This document shows, in pieces, positions 21,227-30,069 of a stretch of 64,000 nucleotides of DNA. Within the stretch, counting starts at the first letter, position 1; every line of letters begins with the position of its first letter. The notes below the pieces were generated by a model that was not told the DNA's origin, did no database searches, and saw only the letters and a list, made by a program, of their open reading frames with translations. Location of the stretch: positions 1,808 through 65,807 of the forward strand of contig CANIAS010000004.1 of the NCBI GenBank assembly GCA_947465495.1, in the 5' to 3' direction. Made by a program: the position numbers and the translations under genes. This DNA comes from Candidatus Pollutiaquabacter sp. (GTDB lineage Bacteria; Bacteroidota; Bacteroidia; AKYH767-A; 2013-40CM-41-45).

Positions 21227-23500
21227 TTACCGGATGTTTTTGCGCGATTGCGCGTCCACAACCGCAATGGTAATCATGTTGACGATTTCGCGTACAGAAC
21301 TTCCCAGTTGAAGGACGTGTACCGGTTTTTTCATTCCCAATAGAATCGGACCGATTGCTTCTGCCGATCCCAATTCTTGTAACAGTTTGTAAGCGATGTT
21401 ACCTGAATCAAGGTTCGGGAAAATCAGTGTGTTGGCACCCTGTTCTGCAAATTCGCAGAATGGAAAATTGTCTGCCAATAAGGATGGATTCAAGGCAAAA
21501 TTGGCTTGCATTTCTCCGTCGACCATCATGCCAGGATATTTTCGGTGCAGGATGGCGATGGCTTCACGTACTTTTAAAGCAGCGGGATCGTTGTGTGCGC
21601 CAAAGTTGGAGAAGGAGAGAAGTGCGATGCGTGGTTTGATATTGAGCTGTTGTACACCCCAAGCGGTCAATACCGTAATCTCCGCCAAGTCTTCGGCTGT
21701 CGGGTTTACATTGATGGTCGTGTCGGCAAAAAACAAAGGTCCTTTCTTGGTCACCATGATATACATGCCCGCGACTTTTTTCACATCATCTTGAGTGCCG
21801 ATAATTTGTAAAGCAGGGCGGATGGTGTCGCTGTATTTACGCGTCAACCCGGAAATCATGGCGTCTGCTTCACCGGTTTCCACCATCATGGCACCATAGT
21901 AGTTGCGCTCGTTCATGATTTTACGCGCTTCGTACAAGGTGAAGCCGCGGCGTTTGCGCTTTCGGAAGAGGATTTCTCCGAATTCGTTTCGCTTATCCTC
22001 TTCAACGCGTGGATCAATGATAGGCGTATCACCCAGATCAAGTCCATTTTCTTCGATGAGTTTTCGGATTTTTACCGCGTTGCCGAGTAAGATTGGTTTG
22101 GCTATACCTTCGTCGCGCGCAATCTGTGCGGCTTTCAGAATCTTATAAGTGTCAGCCTCTGTGAATACGATTCGTTGTGGGTGCTGTTTAGCCTTACTCG
22201 TAACTACACGAATCAGCTTGTTGTCGAGTCCGAGCCGCTTTTGAAGTTGCTCTACATATTCGTTCCAGTTGTTGATCTTGTGTTGTGCCACACCGGATTC
22301 AACGGCCGCTTTTGCTACTGCAGGAGCGACCGTTGAAATCAATCGTGGATCCAGCGGCTTAGGAATGATGTAGTCTTTACCGAAGGTGATGTTTTTTTGG
22401 TTATAGGCCAAGTTGACGATTTCCGGTACCGGTTCTTTGGCAAGTTCAGCAATGGCGCGGACAGCCGCAAGTTTCATTGCTTCATTGATCTGTGTAGCGC
22501 GCACATCCAGTGCTCCTCTGAAAATGAAAGGAAATCCAAGGACGTTATTAACCTGGTTAGGGAAGTCGCTACGACCGGTTGCGATGATAATATCGTTGCG
22601 TGCTTCTGCCGCATCGTTGTAATTAATTTCTGGATCAGGATTGGCAAGGGCGAAAACGATGGCATTACTAGCCATGGATTTTACCATTTCTTTGGAAATA
22701 ATATTTCCTTTTGAAAGTCCAAGAAATACGTCGGCACCATTCATTGCTTCATCCAGCGTACGAACCTTGGTTTTAATGGCGAACATTTTTTTGTTATCGT
22801 CCAGATCGGTTCGCTCTGAATGAATGATGCCAGAAGAGTCGAACATCATGATGTTCTCTTTTTTTGCACCCAATGCCAGGTAGAGTTTTACGCAGGAAAT
22901 GGCTGACGCACCCGCACCGCTGACTACCACTCGAATCTCTTCGATTTTTTTCTTAGCAAGTTCCAGCGCATTCAACAAGGCGGCTCCTGAAATGATGGCA
23001 GTACCATGTTGGTCGTCGTGCATCACCGGAATTTTTAATTCAGCTTTCAATCGGCGTTCGATTTCAAAACATTCCGGTGCTTTGATGTCCTCTAAATTGA
23101 TTCCGCCGAATGTTGGCGCTATTGCCTTGACGGTCTCTACGAATTTATCCACGTTGGTCTCTGCAACTTCGATGTCAAATACATCGATGTCCGCAAATAT
23201 TTTGAATAGCAATCCTTTTCCTTCCATGACGGGCTTGGAAGCCTCAGGACCAATATTGCCCAATCCCAAGACAGCGGTGCCGTTGGAGATGACGGCAACC
23301 AGATTTCCTTTTGCCGTGTATTTATAGACATCTTCAGGATTTGCTGCGATTTGCAGACAAGGCTCTGCTACGCCGGGGGAATAGGCCAAAGAAAGGTCAC
23401 GCTGTGAGCTGTAAGGCTTACTGGGGATTACTTCAATTTTTCCGGGACGACCGTGTGCGTGATAATCCAGCGCTTCCTGATTTATTTTTTTGTCTGCCAT
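21227..23500 (-). CDS. maeB: NADP-dependent malic enzyme (malic enzyme plus phosphate-acetyltransferase-like domain)
   Basis: 757 aa. N-terminal malic enzyme region (LSLAYSPGVAEPC, VSGAGASA NAD(P) site) and a C-terminal PTA-like domain. Confidence 0.9.
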   Translation of the reverse strand: MADKKINQEALDYHAHGRPGKIEVIPSKPYSSQRDLSLAYSPGVAEPCLQIAANPEDVYKYTAKGNLVAVISNGTAVLGLGNIGPEASKPVMEGKGLLFKIFADIDVFDIEVAETNVDKFVETVKAIAPTFGGINLEDIKAPECFEIERRLKAELKIPVMHDDQHGTAIISGAALLNALELAKKKIEEIRVVVSGAGASAISCVKLYLALGAKKENIMMFDSSGIIHSERTDLDDNKKMFAIKTKVRTLDEAMNGADVFLGLSKGNIISKEMVKSMASNAIVFALANPDPEINYNDAAEARNDIIIATGRSDFPNQVNNVLGFPFIFRGALDVRATQINEAMKLAAVRAIAELAKEPVPEIVNLAYNQKNITFGKDYIIPKPLDPRLISTVAPAVAKAAVESGVAQHKINNWNEYVEQLQKRLGLDNKLIRVVTSKAKQHPQRIVFTEADTYKILKAAQIARDEGIAKPILLGNAVKIRKLIEENGLDLGDTPIIDPRVEEDKRNEFGEILFRKRKRRGFTLYEARKIMNERNYYGAMMVETGEADAMISGLTRKYSDTIRPALQIIGTQDDVKKVAGMYIMVTKKGPLFFADTTINVNPTAEDLAEITVLTAWGVQQLNIKPRIALLSFSNFGAHNDPAALKVREAIAILHRKYPGMMVDGEMQANFALNPSLLADNFPFCEFAEQGANTLIFPNLDSGNIAYKLLQELGSAEAIGPILLGMKKPVHVLQLGSSVREIVNMITIAVVDAQSRKNIR

Positions 23501-23577
23501 TCTATTTATAGATAAGGGGAAGTAAAAGTACGAAATTCAACGTGGGAAGCCATTCTATTCACGACGCTGATTTCCAT

Positions 23578-23604
23578 AAAAAAAGCCGCTCGAGAGCGGC
23601 TTTT
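23578..23604 (-). terminator. rho-independent terminator downstream of the 233-aa T9SS cargo gene
   Basis: Minus strand reads AAAAGCCGCTCTCGAGCGGCTTTTTTT: a GC-rich stem followed by a 7-U tract. Confidence 0.7.
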
Positions 23605-23625
23605 AAAATTTTAATTATCAATGAA

Positions 23626-24327
23626 TTATCTATGATTCACAATCAGCTTTCTGGAGGCGATAATCCGACTTTCCTGTTGCAGAGAATAAATATAGATGCC
23701 GGTTTTAAGGTCGGACGTGGAAACTACCAGACTATTTTGCTTATCAGATAGAGGCAAATCCTTTACCACGGCTCCTAGGAGGTTGCTAATGACCAAGCGA
23801 ACGTTTTTTGCAGTGGTAGCATAGCCGATGACAGTGTAGTTGTCGGCTGGATTAGGTGCAGCAACAGATAATGCACGATTTCCGGAGAGCTCGTCGACAC
23901 CGACCGCTGTTGCATTAAAGTTAAACGTTACGCAATCCGAATCGCTTGGATTATCCATGTCAAAAAAGCAATACGTTACTACGCTTTGACCTACGTGCCC
24001 GAGCGGGTCCAATTTAGCTTCCAACGTGGTGTCCACATCTCCTGGATTTAAATTGAAAAAGAACGGGGATTCAGTGGTGGCTGCAGGAAAGCATGCGCCG
24101 CCCCAGCAGAAGAAACTGGAGTGACCTGCTGCGGTATCATTCTGAATCCGTTGAACTTTCACGGAAATTAATCCTCCGCCTACATTGGTAACTGATGCAT
24201 GCCCAATCATTAAGGTGTTTGCAGGTCCGCTGATGTTGGTGTTTCCGGCGCTTATTTGAAGGGATTGTGACCAGCCGTTTAAGGTAACATTCAACAGCAG
24301 TAGGGCAACGAGTATTGATTTTTTCAT
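23626..24327 (-). CDS. small Cys-containing secreted protein with T9SS C-terminal sorting domain, function unknown
   Basis: Signal peptide MKKSILVALLLLNV. The ~130-aa N-domain has FFCWGGACF and YCFF...DCVTF. The CTD begins AAPNPADNYTVIGY and ends KLIVNHR. Confidence 0.65.
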   Translation of the reverse strand: MKKSILVALLLLNVTLNGWSQSLQISAGNTNISGPANTLMIGHASVTNVGGGLISVKVQRIQNDTAAGHSSFFCWGGACFPAATTESPFFFNLNPGDVDTTLEAKLDPLGHVGQSVVTYCFFDMDNPSDSDCVTFNFNATAVGVDELSGNRALSVAAPNPADNYTVIGYATTAKNVRLVISNLLGAVVKDLPLSDKQNSLVVSTSDLKTGIYIYSLQQESRIIASRKLIVNHR

Positions 24328-24349
24328 GATAGTAAGTTGGTATTAAAGT

Positions 24350-24389
24350 AAGAAGCGGAAGCGACCGGAATGGGCCACTTCCGCTTCTT
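24350..24389 (-). terminator. rho-independent terminator downstream of the T9SS redoxin gene
   Basis: 12-bp perfect stem AAGAAGCGGAAG / CTTCCGCTTCTT with a 16-nt loop. An A/T-rich tail follows on the minus strand. Confidence 0.5.
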
Positions 24390-24401
24390 GCAATAGGTAG
24401 A

Positions 24402-26069
24402 TTACTTGATGACCAGTTTCTTTACAGAAGAACCCTGGGCGGTTTTGATGTTTACCATATAGACACCGGAAGCAAGGCTTGCCGTAGGAATCTCAAAGGT
24501 ATACTCACCAGCACTCAGTGTGCCTTCGTTGCGGCTGTAAACAGCCTCTCCAACATTGTTGTAGACGAAAATCGCTACGTCTTCTTTACCTGTCAAGGTG
24601 AAGTCAACGGCTGAACGATCAGAGGCTGGATTTGGATATACTTCGAATTGCAGTTGTTGAGCTATGGTGTTAATTCCTGAGGTGTTAGCCACGATGTTCA
24701 CGTTGTCAACGTAGGCGTTGTTACCATAGTTTGAAGTGAACTCGAATTTCACAAATACATTCTGGTTGGTAGCGTAGTTGGCCAGGTTCACCGTATCCTT
24801 TCTCCACTGAGCGGCTGTTGAAGGGGTGAAGGCCGCTGTGGCTGCTGCGGTGGTAGCCAGTGTAGCGCCAGACTTGTTGTAAAGCGTCATCCATGAAAGA
24901 CCACAGTTGGTTGAAACCTTTACTTTCAGATTGTCAGCACTGGTGCTGTACTGTGCGTGTGCCACGTCGAAGGTCATGATTGGATTCACTACCGCGGTCA
25001 TGTCCAATTGTGGAAGTTGTAACGCATCCACATCACCGGAAGTAGCATTCCAGAAGTCAGCTTTGACAGAACCAGTACCACCACCATTGCTGGCAGCACT
25101 GCGTATCAAGAACGCTCCACCGGAAGTAGATGGAGTCAAGTGCAGCCAATCGGTTGGAGGGAAAGTGCCCGCGAAAGTTTGAGCAGGAATTGTGGAGCCC
25201 TGGCCAGCATATTTGATAATGCTAATAGTACGGGAATCGTTTCCTGCTACCACATCAGCAGAGCCGTTTGGATTAGAAGCAACAACAGTAGCTGTATTGG
25301 ATCCTGTGTTTCCAGAAACGCCGGTGAATGTAAGGATAGTAGACTCATACGTGTTCAAGGTTCCAGTCCAATTTAAGGTGTTGGAAATGGTACCGTTCAG
25401 ATTCAAGTCGATGGTAGCGCTTGTGAGAGGAGTTGTTCCGTAGTTACAAAGGCGGTAAGCCACATCAACACTGTTGCAGGAAGCGAGTGTTCCATTGAGA
25501 ACATTCATTGAATTAGTGATACCGGCATCGTTCGCCTCAGTAGCAATAAAGCAATCGGCAGTCTTTTGTGCCATGAATGCAGCGTTGGTAGTTAACTGAC
25601 CAACTTCCTTAATGATACGATCAGGACAGATCATGTAAACAGTTGGGAAGTAATTGATCTGGTAGTTGTTTGCAATGGTGGCATTGTCCAAAATTGGATA
25701 AGGCGTACCAGTCACCCAGTCGCCCTGAGTATTGGTGCCAGTACCGTTTAAATCAGCAGTAGTGGTGGTTCCATCGCCTTCTACGAAGAATACGCGGATT
25801 TCATTGGTGCCATCTGGTCCGTAGGCATTGTACAAATTATCCAAGTACAAACCGGTGTGGTAAGACCAACATGGGCCGCACCAGGTAGCAGAGATGTCCA
25901 TGAATACGGTATAGCCCGAGTCGAGTAAGCTATAGAGATTCCACGAATTACCGTTTAAGTCGGTAGCTGTAAAATCAGGTGCGATGCTGCCAGCTGCCAT
26001 CTGCGCTTTCGCGTCCTGGATGGAAAGCAACGACACGCCGATGAAAAGTGCAAGTAATAGTTTTTTCAT
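24402..26069 (-). CDS. thioredoxin-fold (redoxin, CGPC) protein with extra beta-rich domains and T9SS C-terminal sorting domain
   Basis: Signal peptide from MKKLLLALFIGVSLL (ATG at 26069; the track ORF extends to 26120). Redoxin-like APDFTATDLNGNSW...ISATWCGPCW, then Thr/Asn-rich middle domains. The CTD reads VYPNPASDRSAVDF...VKKLVIK. Confidence 0.7.
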   Translation of the reverse strand: MKKLLLALFIGVSLLSIQDAKAQMAAGSIAPDFTATDLNGNSWNLYSLLDSGYTVFMDISATWCGPCWSYHTGLYLDNLYNAYGPDGTNEIRVFFVEGDGTTTTADLNGTGTNTQGDWVTGTPYPILDNATIANNYQINYFPTVYMICPDRIIKEVGQLTTNAAFMAQKTADCFIATEANDAGITNSMNVLNGTLASCNSVDVAYRLCNYGTTPLTSATIDLNLNGTISNTLNWTGTLNTYESTILTFTGVSGNTGSNTATVVASNPNGSADVVAGNDSRTISIIKYAGQGSTIPAQTFAGTFPPTDWLHLTPSTSGGAFLIRSAASNGGGTGSVKADFWNATSGDVDALQLPQLDMTAVVNPIMTFDVAHAQYSTSADNLKVKVSTNCGLSWMTLYNKSGATLATTAAATAAFTPSTAAQWRKDTVNLANYATNQNVFVKFEFTSNYGNNAYVDNVNIVANTSGINTIAQQLQFEVYPNPASDRSAVDFTLTGKEDVAIFVYNNVGEAVYSRNEGTLSAGEYTFEIPTASLASGVYMVNIKTAQGSSVKKLVIK

Positions 26070-26117
26070 GTGCTGAGAGTTGGTTGTTAGTTGTTGGTTA
26101 AGGAATTTTATAAGTTT

Positions 26118-26125
26118 CAAATCTA
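26118..26125 (-). promoter_or_regulatory. candidate Bacteroidota -7 promoter box (TAgaTTTG)
   Basis: Exact TAnnTTTG on the minus strand, about 50 nt upstream of the ATG at 26069. Confidence 0.3.
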
Positions 26126-26261
26126 ATTAGTTTTTTTCGTAGTTCCCACACTTATAGAGGTCTGAATGTCATTTTTCAACCATTTTTCAAAAAAACGGAA
26201 TCAATGATGGGATTTTTACGCTATTTGCGTTAATTTGTCATGCTAATCCAGTCCCTACAAC

Positions 26262-26795
26262 ATGTATCAAACCCTACGTATTGCATTATTTGCAGTTTTA
26301 TTGTTCGCTGCGACCATCTCAGCCGCTCAAGAAAAAAGTGGTCGGCCGCTTCCCAATGTTACAGTTAAAACCTTAACCGGAGATTCGTTCATTTTCAATA
26401 AAATCGAAAATGGTGGTAAACCCATTGTGGTCGACTTTTGGGCCACATGGTGTAAACCATGCATTGAAGAGTTGAACGCTATTCATGAGAATTACGAAGA
26501 ATGGCAGAAGGAGACCGGTGTAAAAGTGGTGGCGGTTTCTCTCGATGATGCGCGCACCATGAATCGGGTTGCCCCAATGGTTAATGGCCGCGGATGGGAG
26601 TTTGAAGTATATATTGATCCGAACTCCGACCTTAAACGCGCCATGAACGTCAACATGCCTCCACATACCTTTGTAGTGAATGGTAATGGAGAAATTGTTT
26701 GGCAGCATGTCGGCTATGCCGAAGGAAACGAATTAGAATTATTGGAAGTCATCAAACAGGTTGCCAATGGTCAGCCGGTTAATGTTTCCAAATGA
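26262..26795 (+). CDS. TlpA/ResA-family periplasmic thiol:disulfide oxidoreductase
   Basis: Signal peptide, WATWCKPC active site, 177 aa. Confidence 0.8.
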   Translation: MYQTLRIALFAVLLFAATISAAQEKSGRPLPNVTVKTLTGDSFIFNKIENGGKPIVVDFWATWCKPCIEELNAIHENYEEWQKETGVKVVAVSLDDARTMNRVAPMVNGRGWEFEVYIDPNSDLKRAMNVNMPPHTFVVNGNGEIVWQHVGYAEGNELELLEVIKQVANGQPVNVSK

Positions 26796-28456
26796 TATTT
26801 ATGGAAAAAACCATCGTTAGGCTTGTGAGAATATACTCCGTACTTTTTTCGTGTTTAGCATTGGCCTATGCTGGTCGTGCCCAGTCGATTTCCAATGTGC
26901 CCATCCATGGCAACACTCAAATGGATGCTCAATATTATCAGAATGATCCAGCCATTGGCGCACCGGAGGTTCCGGAGCAAATGCTGTTCAATGGTTTTAC
27001 CAACTTCACGTACGAACAGGATAATTTCTCTGCGGGACTTCGTTACGAGGCGTATCTAGATCCAATATTAGGGTACGACGCACGTTACGAAGGAAATGGA
27101 ATCCCCTACCGGTACCTAACGTATCGCAACAACGAACTCGAAGTTACTGCCGGAAATTTCTACGATCAGTTCGGTATGGGAATGGCCTTGCGCGCCTACA
27201 ACGAATGGGGACTTGGTTTCGATAATAGCATTGATGGTTTACGAATCAAATATCAGCCGGTCCGAGGCGTGTCTTTCAAAGGATTGGTAGGTAAGCAGCG
27301 CGATTTTTGGACAAAGGGTGTAGGCATTGTGCGTGGTGCTGATGCCGAATGGAACCTGAATGAGTTTTTTAATCCGGATACGGCCCGTAAATCTCAATGG
27401 ATTATCGGTGGTAGCTTTGTCAGCAAGTTCCAAGCCGATGAAGACCCAACTTACATACTTCCACAAAATGTAGCCACTGGCGGCGGTCGCTTATCGTATG
27501 CTCGGGGTGGATTCACCGCCTATGGCGAATATGTGTTCAAGTCTGGCGACCCTTCTACGTCCAATAACTTTATCTTCAAAGACGGACAGGCCATGTTTGT
27601 GAATCTCGGCTATACCCAAAAAGGACTTGGCATCACTGCAAGTACGAAATGGCTGGATAATATGTCGTTTCGTAGCGATCGCTATGCATCGGTGAACAGT
27701 CTACTTATTAATTATATGCCGGCGATTACTAAGAATCATACGTACTTGTTGGCAGCCTTTTATCCGTATGCTACCCAACTCAACGGTGAGTTCGGGGCGC
27801 AAGCAGAAGTTTTCTATCACCTTCCCAAAGACCTTTCTTTTGCCGGTCCTTATGGAACTGATTTTACGTTCAATTACTCCCGTACTCAAGCAATCGATAA
27901 GCAGCCCATTACTTCCGGCGTGGACACAGCTTTAGGGTATACCACAAACTTGTTCAGCATCGGACAAGAAATTTACTACGAAGATTTCAACGTGACTATT
28001 GATAGGAAGGTCAATAAGAAGTTGCGGACAATTTTAACCTATATGTATCAGAACTATAACAAGGACCAGATTGAAGGCCGCGTTGGTTTTGGGCACGTAT
28101 ATTCGAATATTTTAATTCTGGAAACGCAATATAAAATTACCCCTAAGAAAAGTCTGCGGACAGAGTTGCAGGTCTTGATTACCGAGCAAGATCAAGGGAG
28201 TTGGGGCGTAGCATTAATCGAGTATTCCATCGCTCCGCATTGGTTTGTGGCGGCTTTTGACCAGTATAATTATGGCAACCCTATTCCCGCCAAGCAGCTG
28301 CATTATTATACGGGCCAGGTTGGGTATACACGCGGCGCAAATCGCGTTACCATTGGTTATGGCCGTCAGCGTGCTGGTATACTCTGCGTAGGTGGTGTGT
28401 GTCGTCAAGTGCCATCGGCTAGCGGCGTCACCCTTTCTGTCACTTCCAGTTTCTAA
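26792..28456 (+). CDS. predicted outer-membrane beta-barrel protein (possibly the DUF6029 family; not verifiable here)
   Basis: ATGA overlap with the TlpA-like gene. It has a signal peptide, abundant Y/G/alternating strands, and a C-terminal ...TLSVTSSF ending in Phe, typical of an OMP beta-signal. Confidence 0.55.
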   Translation: MIFMEKTIVRLVRIYSVLFSCLALAYAGRAQSISNVPIHGNTQMDAQYYQNDPAIGAPEVPEQMLFNGFTNFTYEQDNFSAGLRYEAYLDPILGYDARYEGNGIPYRYLTYRNNELEVTAGNFYDQFGMGMALRAYNEWGLGFDNSIDGLRIKYQPVRGVSFKGLVGKQRDFWTKGVGIVRGADAEWNLNEFFNPDTARKSQWIIGGSFVSKFQADEDPTYILPQNVATGGGRLSYARGGFTAYGEYVFKSGDPSTSNNFIFKDGQAMFVNLGYTQKGLGITASTKWLDNMSFRSDRYASVNSLLINYMPAITKNHTYLLAAFYPYATQLNGEFGAQAEVFYHLPKDLSFAGPYGTDFTFNYSRTQAIDKQPITSGVDTALGYTTNLFSIGQEIYYEDFNVTIDRKVNKKLRTILTYMYQNYNKDQIEGRVGFGHVYSNILILETQYKITPKKSLRTELQVLITEQDQGSWGVALIEYSIAPHWFVAAFDQYNYGNPIPAKQLHYYTGQVGYTRGANRVTIGYGRQRAGILCVGGVCRQVPSASGVTLSVTSSF

Positions 28457-28466
28457 TACTGCTATC

Positions 28467-29384
28467 ATGAAAAGAATTATCTTAAGCGGATTGGTCATTT
28501 TATCCTTTGTGGTTCAGTCGTGCGACAAAGTCGAGGCTCCCTACATTGAAGGAAATAGTCAGGGGGTCTCCTACATAGGTACAGAGGCTGCCATCATCAA
28601 CGGTGATACATTGATGTTTGACGTGGATAATACTCCTCCTCTAAAGAAAGTATTGCTGGAAGATTATACCGGACATACCTGTGGTAATTGCCCCACAGCC
28701 GGTATATACCTTAATCAGACATTACAACCAATTTATGGCGAGCAATTAATCCCTCTTTCGGTCCATGCTGGAAATTTCGCGCAACCTACTTCCTCCTTGC
28801 CCAATCAGCCTTCCGGCTCTTTCCAGACGGATTTCCGTACCACTGTCGGCGATGCCTGGAATTCCAAATTTAGTGTTTCCTTCAATCCATGCGGAATGGT
28901 GAATCGTGTCGACTATCCCACTTCGCAACAATTAAAATTGTATCAATCGTGGCGATCTAGTATTGATGCACAATTACAAATGGTTCCTGAATTCAAGGTT
29001 CGATTGAAATCTACGTTTGATGCGCTCAATCAAGAGGCTCACATCGCCGTCCAGACTCAGAACGTGGCAGCTGTAGCGGGAGACTACAAATTGCAGGTGG
29101 TGGTTGCGGAAGACAGTGTCGTGGACTGGCAAGAATGGTATGGTCACACACCAGAATATGAACCCAATTACTTGCATAGACACGTGTTGCGAGGAACATG
29201 CAATAGTAATTTCGGGGAGTTGATTTATTCCGGCACGATTAACACAGGAACCATTGCTATCCGTGGTTATTCTTTTCCTATGAGCAGTGCTTGGGTGACT
29301 CAAAATTGTCGAGTCATTGCCTTTTTATACGATGCCTCCACAGAGGAAATCCTGCAGGTGGAAGAAGTTCAAGTGATGGAATAA
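28467..29384 (+). CDS. CxxC lipoprotein, Omp28-related/thioredoxin-like
   Basis: Lipobox VVQSC after MKRIILSGLVILSF. The motif LLEDYTGHTCGNCP resembles the CxxC segment of Omp28-related proteins. The track ORF (28392) has a 25-codon extension overlapping the previous gene. Confidence 0.55.
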   Translation: MKRIILSGLVILSFVVQSCDKVEAPYIEGNSQGVSYIGTEAAIINGDTLMFDVDNTPPLKKVLLEDYTGHTCGNCPTAGIYLNQTLQPIYGEQLIPLSVHAGNFAQPTSSLPNQPSGSFQTDFRTTVGDAWNSKFSVSFNPCGMVNRVDYPTSQQLKLYQSWRSSIDAQLQMVPEFKVRLKSTFDALNQEAHIAVQTQNVAAVAGDYKLQVVVAEDSVVDWQEWYGHTPEYEPNYLHRHVLRGTCNSNFGELIYSGTINTGTIAIRGYSFPMSSAWVTQNCRVIAFLYDASTEEILQVEEVQVME

Positions 29385-29397
29385 AAAGTATGGTTCG

Positions 29398-30006
29398 ATG
29401 CGCTCACTACATGTACTGCTGATATTATTTTTATGGATGATCGTTGGTGGGACATTTGCGGAGGCTCAGCGATTTGAGGCTGGTCTACGGATTGGAATGG
29501 CAGCCACACAGGTTGGAGGTGATCAGCTGGAAGGATTTGATAAAGCAGGTTTGCTTGGTGGACTCTTTGTTGCTCGGGACCTTAGCGAGAGAACATCGCT
29601 TTCAATGGAGATGTTATACATTCAGAAAGGAAGTCGAAAGCCAGTGGATAAAGATGATAATTCCTATTACCGCTTACGACTTAATTATCTCGAAGTGCCA
29701 CTGATGGTTCGGTACAAGGCGGGTAAGAAGTTTTTGCTGGAGGCTGGTCCATCCTTTGGTGTATTGGTCTTCGCGCAAGAGGACGATCAGTTGGGAGTGA
29801 TTGAATACGCACCTCCTTTTAACGATTGGGAACTCGCTGGTAATGCTGGTTTGCAATACCTGCTGAATGAAAAATGGAACGTCGATGTTCGCTATAGCGT
29901 TTCGGTATTGCCAGTGCGGCCGTTTCGATCTTCGTATTATTATAGCTATTGGGATCGAGGTCAATTCAATGAGGTGGTACAGCTTTCTTTCAATTATTCT
30001 TTTTAA
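29398..30006 (+). CDS. small porin-family outer-membrane beta-barrel protein
   Basis: Signal peptide, 202 aa, alternating hydrophobic strands, and C-terminal LSFNYSF. Confidence 0.6.
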   Translation: MRSLHVLLILFLWMIVGGTFAEAQRFEAGLRIGMAATQVGGDQLEGFDKAGLLGGLFVARDLSERTSLSMEMLYIQKGSRKPVDKDDNSYYRLRLNYLEVPLMVRYKAGKKFLLEAGPSFGVLVFAQEDDQLGVIEYAPPFNDWELAGNAGLQYLLNEKWNVDVRYSVSVLPVRPFRSSYYYSYWDRGQFNEVVQLSFNYSF

Positions 30007-30069
30007 TCGACCGATCGGCTCGGCTCCGACTTATTTTCAATTCGTATATTCGTTGTTCAATACGAATGA

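Noticed and set aside
26121-26261. Search for a canonical promoter for the TlpA-like operon (TTAATTTG at about 26231).
   Set aside because: This is one position short of the TAnnTTTG consensus, and I saw no -33 TTTG at the proper spacing, so I did not call it.
28392-28466. N-terminal extension of the CxxC lipoprotein ORF. Similar extensions occur at 38271..38441, 42759..42821, 53879..53935, 55777..55821, 62023..62139 and 26070..26120.
   Set aside because: Each extension overlaps the preceding gene or lacks signal-peptide logic. In each case an internal Met gives a canonical signal peptide or family N-terminus directly after the upstream stop codon.
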